From NCBI GenBank assembly GCA_963740355.1, contig CAVUDW010000002.1, forward strand, positions 1,824,001 through 1,888,000: a stretch of DNA of 64,000 nt, read 5' to 3'. Of this stretch, positions 10,148 to 17,951 are shown in pieces. Origin of the DNA: an uncultured Gemmatimonadaceae bacterium (lineage in GTDB: Bacteria; Gemmatimonadota; Gemmatimonadetes; Gemmatimonadales; Gemmatimonadaceae). Below the pieces are notes generated by a model that did not search any database, had not been told where the DNA came from, and worked only from the letters and a program-made list of their open reading frames with translations. A program made the translations under genes and the position numbers. Positions within the stretch are counted from its first letter, which is position 1. Each line of letters starts with the position of its first letter.

Positions 10148-10178
10148 CTCTCCCATCGACGTGCGGGAATTCGCGGTA

Positions 10179-12035
10179 TCACCGGATACGCGCGCCCTGC
10201 GGCCCCTCACCCTGCGAACGCCCTGCGGCGCTGACCTGCGTGGAGTCGATCCGAATCCGCTTCAGCAGTTCCGGGTCGGCGGACAGCTCCCGGGTGCTTG
10301 GTGGCATCCCGTTCAATTTGAGCACGTACGCAGTGACCCACACGTATTCGTCCTCACTCAGAGTGCCTGGTGCCGACTTCGGCATGAGATGACTGACGTA
10401 GTCGTAGAATGCACTCAGTGGACGTGTCATCCAGCGCGTGGCAAACGCGGCTCCGCTGTGTGACGCCACGGTGTGGCATCCGGTGCACGCGCCCATGAAG
10501 ACATTCCGCCCTTTCACGGCCTGCTCAGCGGTGTACACACCGGACATCGTGGAGACCACTGGAGCCTGCGCACGCAGTGACGCAGGGGCAGCGCCAAGGG
10601 CCGCAAGGCCTGCAAGACCAGCACAGAGGGCGACCAGCGGTGCAGAACCTCGCACGGTGGACGCCGACAGGCGCGTCATCATGCCGGACATCGCCCACAC
10701 CGCCGCACCGGCGACCAGCGCCACGATCGCGCCGCGCAACGCACCGATGGCGAACGCCGCGTCAAACGCGGGCCAGGAGACGCTGTACTTCGAGAGCAGG
10801 TCGAATCGCTCGGTCATCCAGTGCCACGCAGAATGGGCGATCAGCACCGACGCGACCAGTGTCCCGGCGCTCTCCCCGACGGCATGCGTGAACAGCCATG
10901 CCAGTACTGGGATCGCGACTGCGATGGCGACCAGTTGCGCCATCTCGATGCCGAGATTGAACGCGGCCAGCGCCGTGACGAGATGGCCGCCGGCGAACTG
11001 CAGCGAGTCGCTCAGCGCGTATGAAAAGGCAAAGCCGTGCACGAGCCCAAAGCCGAAGGCGACCATCCACCGCCGGTCCAGCTTCGGTCCGATCATGTTC
11101 TCGATTGCCATCACCACGATCGACACCGCGATCAGCATCTCGACCAGCGGCGGAAACCAGAGGGCCGTCGGCGCATACCCAAGTGCTGCGGCGGCCAGGG
11201 TGATGGAGTGCGCGACGGTGAAGGCCGTCACGATGCCGATCACTGGCCGGATGCGACGCACGGGGATGATCAGGCAGAGCAGGAAGAGCAGGTGATCGAG
11301 CCCGCCGAAGAGGTGCGTCATGCCCATCAGGGCGAATCGGGACGCGGCATACCACCACCCCGGCTCCAGCGGGATCAGGCCCTGATCGCCGTCGTAGAGA
11401 AACGCGCGATCATCACCGTCGCTGTTCACGACGTGGAGGACGGTCGAGGTCTTCACGCCGAGATGCGCGAATCGTGCGCTCATCGCGAGGTGCGCCGCTG
11501 GTGATGCGACCGGATAGGTGAGCATCACATCGAGCATCGCCTGGCCCACCGGAATGTCGGTGGTGGAGTCGAGGGGCGCACGCGCGAACGATCCACGCGC
11601 GGAGATGAAGCTTTCGAAGGCACGATCGGACGGCAACGAAGCACGGGCCACCACCACGGTGCCGGTCGGCAGTGTGACGCCATCCGCAACGAGTGTGATG
11701 GCATCGGCGACCCAGAGTCGCGCCGCGTCGCGAAAGGCCTCATCGGCGCGCGCCAGATCGAGATAGCCCGCACCTCGGATCGGGAACTCCACGTCGCGCA
11801 TCGCTTCCATCGGCACCCGCACCAACACTCGCACCACACCGCTGTCGTGCTTGACGAAGGCCTGCACGGCGACGCGCGCTGGCACCTCGTGCGCCAGGCT
11901 GACGGCCGGCGAACCAAGCAGCGCACCAAACAAAAGCAGTGCGCGCTGCAGACCGCGACGACAGCTGGCCGTAGCGCGTGCGCCAAACGCCGCTCGCAGG
12001 TTCTGGCGAGCTGGCGCGATTCGCTGGACAGACAA
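10179..12035 (-). CDS. HupE/UreJ-family membrane protein fused to a C-terminal c-type cytochrome
   Basis: AHEVP after signal peptide; GLDHLLF, FTVAHSIT, FGLVHG, FNLGIE; C-terminal CTGCH heme motif with a distal Met (LMPK). Start uncertain (TTG 12035 is a guess). Confidence 0.82.
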   Translation of the reverse strand: MSVQRIAPARQNLRAAFGARATASCRRGLQRALLLFGALLGSPAVSLAHEVPARVAVQAFVKHDSGVVRVLVRVPMEAMRDVEFPIRGAGYLDLARADEAFRDAARLWVADAITLVADGVTLPTGTVVVARASLPSDRAFESFISARGSFARAPLDSTTDIPVGQAMLDVMLTYPVASPAAHLAMSARFAHLGVKTSTVLHVVNSDGDDRAFLYDGDQGLIPLEPGWWYAASRFALMGMTHLFGGLDHLLFLLCLIIPVRRIRPVIGIVTAFTVAHSITLAAAALGYAPTALWFPPLVEMLIAVSIVVMAIENMIGPKLDRRWMVAFGFGLVHGFAFSYALSDSLQFAGGHLVTALAAFNLGIEMAQLVAIAVAIPVLAWLFTHAVGESAGTLVASVLIAHSAWHWMTERFDLLSKYSVSWPAFDAAFAIGALRGAIVALVAGAAVWAMSGMMTRLSASTVRGSAPLVALCAGLAGLAALGAAPASLRAQAPVVSTMSGVYTAEQAVKGRNVFMGACTGCHTVASHSGAAFATRWMTRPLSAFYDYVSHLMPKSAPGTLSEDEYVWVTAYVLKLNGMPPSTRELSADPELLKRIRIDSTQVSAAGRSQGEGPQGARIR

Positions 12036-12169
12036 TGGTGCGCGCGTTACTTCACTTGCCACGGGCGGCCGGGAGTATGGGGAACGCTCGATTGCGGGTC
12101 GAACATACCACCACGTCGCAGTGTGCACAGGGGTTGGCGGGTTCCCCGGTGCCGCGCACAGGAGATAGG

Positions 12170-13360
12170 ATGACGCACTCGAGGCGGGCAGTCGTCTGGG
12201 TGGGACTCGTGGGTGCCGTCGTGGCACTTGGCGTGGCCCAGAAGACCCTCAGCGCGGCCGACGGGCTGGTGGTCGAGGCGCCGCGATTCGAGGTGGACCC
12301 GCTCTGGCCCAAGCCACTGCCCAATCACTGGATTCTGGGCTCCGTGGTGGGCGTCGGCGTGGACAGCCGCGATCATGTGTTCATCATCCATCGCGGCGAC
12401 TCGACGCTCAACCAGCGTACCGAGGCCGGTATGAAGGCCAATCCGCCGATCGGCGACTGCTGCCAGTCGGCGCCCCCGATCCTCGAGTTCGCCCCGGATG
12501 GCACCCTGATCAAGGCCTGGGGCGGTCCGAGCGACAAGTACCAGTGGCCGGCATCGAACCACGGCATCTCGATCGACGACCGCGACAACGTCTGGATCGG
12601 CGGCAACGGCAACGGTGACTCGCACATCCTGAAGTTCACGCACGATGGCGCATTCCTGGTACAGCTGGGCACGCCCGGCCAGGCGCCGAGCAGCAACGAC
12701 AGCTCGCATTTCGGTCGTGTCGCCAAGATCTCGTTCGACAGCAAGGCGCAGGAGGCCTACGTCGCCGACGGCTACGGCAACAAGCGTGTGGCGGTGCTCG
12801 ACATGGCGACTGGTGCGCTGAAGCGGTACTGGGGCGCCTATGGCAACAAGCCGGATGACACGAATCTTGGCCCCTACAATCCGTCAGCGCCGCTGGCGCA
12901 GCAGTTCCGGAATCCGGTGCATTGCGCCGATCCGTCCAACGATGGCCTCGTCTACGTGTGTGATCGTCCCAACGATCGCATCCAGGTCTTCAAGAAGAAC
13001 GGCGAATTCGTCAAGGAAGTACGGATCGCACCAGCCACACGCGGCGACGGGTCGGTGTGGGACATCGCATTCTCACGCGACGCGGCGCAGAAGTATCTGT
13101 TCCTCGCCGACGGCAAGAACGAACGGATCTATGTCATGGATCGTCAGACACTCACGACGCTGACGACCTTCGGCGATGGTGGCCGGCAGCCGGGGCAGTT
13201 CTTCGCGGTGCACAGCATCGCGACCGACTCGAAGGGCAATCTCTACACCACCGAAACCTACGAAGGGAAGCGGCTGCAGAAGTTCTCGTATCGCGGCGTT
13301 GGTCCGGTGACACGCGCCGATCAGGGCACGGTGTGGCCATCGCGGACAGCGAAGCCCTGA
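12170..13360 (+). CDS. Exported NHL-repeat beta-propeller protein
   Basis: GGAG RBS; signal peptide; FEVDPLWPKPLP, YVADGYGNKRV, VHSIATDSKGNLY. Confidence 0.88.
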   Translation: MTHSRRAVVWVGLVGAVVALGVAQKTLSAADGLVVEAPRFEVDPLWPKPLPNHWILGSVVGVGVDSRDHVFIIHRGDSTLNQRTEAGMKANPPIGDCCQSAPPILEFAPDGTLIKAWGGPSDKYQWPASNHGISIDDRDNVWIGGNGNGDSHILKFTHDGAFLVQLGTPGQAPSSNDSSHFGRVAKISFDSKAQEAYVADGYGNKRVAVLDMATGALKRYWGAYGNKPDDTNLGPYNPSAPLAQQFRNPVHCADPSNDGLVYVCDRPNDRIQVFKKNGEFVKEVRIAPATRGDGSVWDIAFSRDAAQKYLFLADGKNERIYVMDRQTLTTLTTFGDGGRQPGQFFAVHSIATDSKGNLYTTETYEGKRLQKFSYRGVGPVTRADQGTVWPSRTAKP

Positions 13361-13383
13361 TCGACACGAATTCCCGACTGCAA

Positions 13384-14823
13384 CTACTCCGGGTCTTTCA
13401 CCACTGGCAGCGTGTACGCCTGCTTCAGCGATGACTGGTACTCGGAGTAGAGCACCTTCAGCCCTTCGAATTCCTTCTTGACGGCGGCGCGGAAGTCGGC
13501 CTTCGACGCAAAGTCGTAGAGCACAGCCGTCATCGCCTGTGCATCGACAAGGAAGCCCGCGTGGCCAACCGGGCCGAGGGCGTCGTCACGCATCTCGTAG
13601 GTGTGGAAGCCGCCGTTCGAGGTCCAGGCGCTGACGCCAACGCCGGGCACAGCACTCGAGACGCTGCCGGTCTCCTCCCACCCCTGCGGCTTGCCCGGCT
13701 CGGCCTGCACCTTGCCGCCGCCGTAGCGCTTGACGTGCGCAAAGGCGACTTCATTCAAGGTGCCGAGCGAGATGCCGTCGCGCATCGAACCGTAGGTCTC
13801 GATCTTGACCTTGGTGCCGGTGGCGAGGGCTGCGGCGCGCGCGGCATCATCGATCATCTGGCGCATCTGGCCGAGATAGACTTCGTCCGGGTACCGAATG
13901 TAGAAGTCCGCCACGGCGCGATCGGGCACGACGTTCGGCGCCTTGCCACCCTCGGGGATGATGCCTTGCACGCGCGCTTCGGGACGGAAGGTGCCGCGAA
14001 GGGCGTCGATGTTGTCGAACAGATGCCGCACGGCAGTGAGTGCGTTGCGACCATCCCAAGGCGTCATCTGGTGCGCAGGTGCTCCTGAGAATGTGAAACG
14101 AACGCCATCGATGTTCAGGCAGCAACTGCCGAATCCAGCGGCGGCACGCTGCGAGGCCATGCTCGAGTGTGTACGAATCACGATGTCGAGGCCATTGAAC
14201 ACGCCTTTCTCGTGCATGACGGTCTTGGCCGGTGGCGGCATCATTTCTTCGGCCGGCGTCCCGATCACGATCACGCTGCCGGGTGTCTTCGACGCGATCA
14301 GCCACTCTGAGATGGCCTGCGCCACGGCGAGGCCGATAGGGCCTTGCGTGGAGTGCTGGTCGCCATGGAAATCGCCGTTCGTTCCACGCAATGCGTCGTA
14401 CTCGACGACGATGCCCAGTTGCGGTCCGCCGCTGAGCTTCTTGTGACGCGCCGTGAAGGCCGTGGCAAATCCGCCGGAGCCCATGGTGACGTCGAAATCG
14501 TGCGCAGTGAGCCAGTCGGTGAGGATCTTGACCGAGCGTTCTTCCTTGAAGCCGATCTCAGGGTGATTGGTGATGTCATCTGCCATCGCCATCAACTCCC
14601 CTTCCATCAACGCCTTTGCGCGTGCGGTGATCCGATCGCGCACGGCATCCGGGGCGCCGAGCCGCGTCGCCCAGCCGTTCACATCGACCGTGCGCTGCAG
14701 TGTCGCAAGTTTCTGCATGACCTCACGCGCGGCAACTCGTTCGGTCTGGGTATCCTGCGCAAACAGTGGCCGCGCGGAACTGGCAAGCAGCGCGGCGAGT
14801 GCGATCGTACGATGGAGGCGCAT
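13384..14823 (-). CDS. Exported M20-family peptidase/amidohydrolase (AbgB-like)
   Basis: HPEIGFKE, EYDAL, GTPAEE, dimerisation domain GGKAPNVVPD; signal peptide from ATG 14823. Confidence 0.85.
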   Translation of the reverse strand: MRLHRTIALAALLASSARPLFAQDTQTERVAAREVMQKLATLQRTVDVNGWATRLGAPDAVRDRITARAKALMEGELMAMADDITNHPEIGFKEERSVKILTDWLTAHDFDVTMGSGGFATAFTARHKKLSGGPQLGIVVEYDALRGTNGDFHGDQHSTQGPIGLAVAQAISEWLIASKTPGSVIVIGTPAEEMMPPPAKTVMHEKGVFNGLDIVIRTHSSMASQRAAAGFGSCCLNIDGVRFTFSGAPAHQMTPWDGRNALTAVRHLFDNIDALRGTFRPEARVQGIIPEGGKAPNVVPDRAVADFYIRYPDEVYLGQMRQMIDDAARAAALATGTKVKIETYGSMRDGISLGTLNEVAFAHVKRYGGGKVQAEPGKPQGWEETGSVSSAVPGVGVSAWTSNGGFHTYEMRDDALGPVGHAGFLVDAQAMTAVLYDFASKADFRAAVKKEFEGLKVLYSEYQSSLKQAYTLPVVKDPE

Positions 14824-14864
14824 GTCTGGGCGGTGTGGGGGAGGGGAGTGACGGCGAACGGTGC

Positions 14865-15237
14865 CTCCGCGTCCCCCGCGACGCAACCCAGACGCGCATC
14901 CCTTCGACGCCTGCGGCGGCTGTGGTCCACACGGTCAAATCCGCGGAGCCGGGGGGAGATCTTGGACGCCTGTGGCGGCTGTGGTCCACACTGTCAAACC
15001 CGCGGAGCCGCGGGGGACGCGGAGTCGCGGAGGAGATCTCGGACGCCTTTGGCGGCGGGGTGTTCATCACGCGTCAACTGCAACAGCTTTTTGGGGGGCG
15101 CTCACCTGACATCCTGCGCCACGCGATCATTGCAATGTGTGCATGCAAGCGCAGTTCCCCTTGCAGTTCCTCCGCGGCTCCGCGTTCCCCGCGGCTCCGC
15201 GTGAGGGAGTGTGGACCACAGCCGCGAAGGCGTCCAA
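14865..15237. repeat. REP/REPIN-like mosaic of direct and inverted GC-rich repeats
   Basis: ~46-bp unit at 14906-14951 and 14965-15010 (59-bp period), partial copy 15032-15056; ~70-bp inverted copy 15169-15237 of 14962-15033. Confidence 0.8.
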
Positions 15238-15244
15238 AGGCGCG

Positions 15245-15633
15245 CTAGGACGGAGCGCCGACGAAGACTTCGGAGGCGATGAACCAGCCAAGGGATGTGA
15301 AGATCCATTGAGCGAGGTAGGTGCCGCGCATCGCTTCTCTCGCGCGACCGTGCTGCCAGTGGCCGACCCAATGGCCCATTTCGGTGGCCGAGGTGGGCGG
15401 AACGGAGAGCGTGACCGTGTCGGGCGTGCGAACGTATCCCCGGAAGGATGGGTCGGCGAATTGCTCGGCGAACGCAGCGCGGTTGGCGGCACGGCCCGCC
15501 AATGTCGGCCCACCGGCGACGGCCACCGAGACATCGGGCTGCAACAGCGACACCACGCCGTCGAGGTCACGGGCGGCGATGGCGCGTTGGACTGTGCGCG
15601 GCGGGCGCGGATCGAGGCGACGTGATCGGTCAT
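15245..15633 (-). CDS. NTF2-like/DUF4440 small protein, apparent -1 frameshift at ~15582
   Basis: MTDHVASIRARRAQSNA (ATG 15633) joins AIAARDLDGVVSLLQPD...GTYLAQW...SEVFV if one G is restored. Confidence 0.7.
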
Positions 15634-15741
15634 GCCCAAATATGACGGAGTCTCCGGGCCGGACGCCCCACCGATTCGGGCCGCTGTCGGCGGCCTCGAT
15701 GGGGCCTGTTCCTTTGACCGCAGCGCGACGATGTTCCGCCC

Positions 15742-16557
15742 ATGGACCGCAGACAATTCCTTGCTACCTCGGCACTCGGCACTGCCTCCCTCGGCGCCGC
15801 CCAGTTGCCATTTGCCACCCTCAGCTCGCGCGACATGCCAGACGAGTCACTCGCTGCACCGACGCACGCCTCGAATCGAAAGATCCTGATCGCCGGCGGT
15901 GGCTTCAACAAGGCGTTCATTCGCTACATGGCCGTGCTGTCGGGGAAGAAGCGGCCGCGCATCTGTTACCTGCCCACCGCGTCGGCCGACAACGAAGCTG
16001 GCATCGTCTACTTCTACAGCCAGTGCGCGGAGCTGGATGTCGAACCGCATGTGCAGCGCAGCTTCATCGAGAGCCTGAGCCAGACGCGCGGCTGGGATGA
16101 AGTGCTGTTGTCGATGGACGGCATCGTCGTTTCCGGTGGGAACACGCTCAACCAGCAGGCCATCTGGAAGGCGCAGGGTATCGATGTCGTGCTGAAGCAG
16201 GCGTGGGACAAGGGTGTGGTGCTGGGCGGTGCGAGCGCAGGCTCGCTCTGCTGGTTCGAGGAAGGCACGACTGACTCGCGGCCCAAGGCGCTCTCGATCG
16301 TGAAGTGCCTCGGATTCCTGCCTGGCAGTCACTCGCCGCACTACGATCGCGAGGCTGGACGGCGCCCGCTGTATCATCAGTTGATCGGTTCAGGGGCCAT
16401 GAAGCCCGGATACGCCTGCGACAACGACGCCGGCATCTACTTCGAAGACACGACGGTGAAACGCGTCGTCTCAACGAGGCCCGAAGCCAAGGTGTACTAC
16501 GTGAGTGTGGTGAACGGCGCCGTGGTCGAGAAGACACTCGAGCCTGAGCCGATCTAG
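15742..16557 (+). CDS. Peptidase E (S51 family) with Tat signal peptide
   Basis: MDRRQFL Tat motif; YLPTAS, SGGNT, GASAG nucleophile elbow, SPHYD. Confidence 0.9.
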   Translation: MDRRQFLATSALGTASLGAAQLPFATLSSRDMPDESLAAPTHASNRKILIAGGGFNKAFIRYMAVLSGKKRPRICYLPTASADNEAGIVYFYSQCAELDVEPHVQRSFIESLSQTRGWDEVLLSMDGIVVSGGNTLNQQAIWKAQGIDVVLKQAWDKGVVLGGASAGSLCWFEEGTTDSRPKALSIVKCLGFLPGSHSPHYDREAGRRPLYHQLIGSGAMKPGYACDNDAGIYFEDTTVKRVVSTRPEAKVYYVSVVNGAVVEKTLEPEPI

Positions 16558-16606
16558 CAACGACCGCTGCAGCGACTGCTGCGGCTCCATCAACTGAGGC
16601 TCATCC

Positions 16607-17215
16607 ATGCCGCTCGATCCCAATACCACCGCCGTGCTCCTCATCGAGTACCAGAATGAGTTCACCAGTGAGGGAGGTGTGCTGCACCCCGCCGTTGCCG
16701 GGGTGATGGCCAGCACCAACATGCTGGAAAACACCAAGACGCTCGTCGCCGCCGCCCGCACCGCTGGCGTCACCGTCATGCACGCTCCAATCACCTTTGC
16801 ACCTGGCTACGGCGAATTGACGCGGCATCCGTACGGCATCCTGAAAGGCGTGGTGGATGGAAACTGTTTCGTGAAGGGCACCTGGGGCGCGGAAATCATC
16901 GACGACCTGGCGCCGGTGGAGGGCGACATCGTCATCGAGGGCAAGCGAGGACTCGACACCTTCGCCAGCACCAACGTCGACTTCATCCTCCGCAGCAAGG
17001 GCATCAAGACCGTCATCATCGGTGGATTCCTCACCAACTGCTGCGTCGAGTCCACCATGCGGACGGCCTACGAGCACGGCTTCGACGTCATCACGCTCAA
17101 GGATTGCACCGCGGCCACGTCGGCCGAGGGTCACGAGAACGCGATTACTTACGACTTCCCGATGTTCTCCACACCGATGAACTCAGCGGATGTGATCGGA
17201 ATGATGAAGGCGTAG
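16607..17215 (+). CDS. Cysteine hydrolase, isochorismatase family
   Basis: LIEYQNEF, GKR, GFLTNCCVESTMR. Confidence 0.9.
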   Translation: MPLDPNTTAVLLIEYQNEFTSEGGVLHPAVAGVMASTNMLENTKTLVAAARTAGVTVMHAPITFAPGYGELTRHPYGILKGVVDGNCFVKGTWGAEIIDDLAPVEGDIVIEGKRGLDTFASTNVDFILRSKGIKTVIIGGFLTNCCVESTMRTAYEHGFDVITLKDCTAATSAEGHENAITYDFPMFSTPMNSADVIGMMKA

Positions 17216-17245
17216 TTGCGGCTCTGAAGGACGCGCTCACAATAG

Positions 17246-17283
17246 ACGGGGCACCCCGCACGGTCGCGGGGCGCCCCGTTTTT
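17246..17283 (+). terminator. Intrinsic terminator
   Basis: ACGGGGCACCCCGC...GCGGGGCGCCCCGT followed by a T-run. Confidence 0.8.
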
Positions 17284-17436
17284 GGTGTCTTTCGGCTGTG
17301 TCCGGATCCCGCGTGGCACGATCATCGCCTTCGACCGATGATTTCGGCCGACCGTCGCGGTCAAAGGCCCATGAACGCCGTGGGGGAGGGAACTCGCCGA
17401 CGCGCATACCATCGTCGCTTGACCCGAGGAGCCGCA

Positions 17437-17817
17437 GTGAATCGCAAGAATGTGCTGTACTGGACCGTCACCGTGCTGTTCAGCGCGCTGATGATTTTCT
17501 CCGCCATCCCTGGCATAATGCGGTCGCCTGACGCGGTGGCGATGTTCGAGACGCACCTCGGCTATCCGTCATACTTCACTGTGTATCTCAGCGTGGCCAA
17601 GCTGGTCGGAGCACTGGTGCTGCTCGTGCCGCGATTCCCGCGTGTGAAGGAATGGGCGTTCGCGGGGTTCGCGTTCGACCTCGTCTCCGCGATGTATTCG
17701 TTCGCCTCGGTCGGTGATCCTGTCGCGTCGTGGGCACCTCTGTTCATCGGGCTTGCCCTGTTGGGCGTGACGTACCTGCTGCATCACCGCCGGCTTGCTG
17801 AACACGCGGTGCCCTGA
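17437..17817 (+). CDS. DoxX-like family membrane protein
   Basis: GAGGAG RBS with GTG start; LGYP, KEWAFAGF; four TM helices. Confidence 0.85.
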   Translation: MNRKNVLYWTVTVLFSALMIFSAIPGIMRSPDAVAMFETHLGYPSYFTVYLSVAKLVGALVLLVPRFPRVKEWAFAGFAFDLVSAMYSFASVGDPVASWAPLFIGLALLGVTYLLHHRRLAEHAVP

Positions 17818-17889
17818 TGTCATGCCCTGCTGCATCAGCCGGAGTCGGCCCGGCAAGTTGGCGATGATTGGCGTGTGAAGGCACGACGC

Positions 17890-17929
17890 AAAACGGGGAG
17901 GCCTGCGCAATCGCAAGCCTCCCCGTTTT
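17890..17929. terminator. Bidirectional intrinsic terminator
   Basis: AAAACGGGGAGGC...GCCTCCCCGTTTT between convergent genes. Confidence 0.85.
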
Positions 17930-17951
17930 CACTGCATCGTGCGGTGAGCGA

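Noticed and set aside
14906..15056. Possible CRISPR array
   Set aside because: Only 2-3 imperfect copies, no unique 30-40-bp spacers, an inverted copy is present and there are no cas genes.
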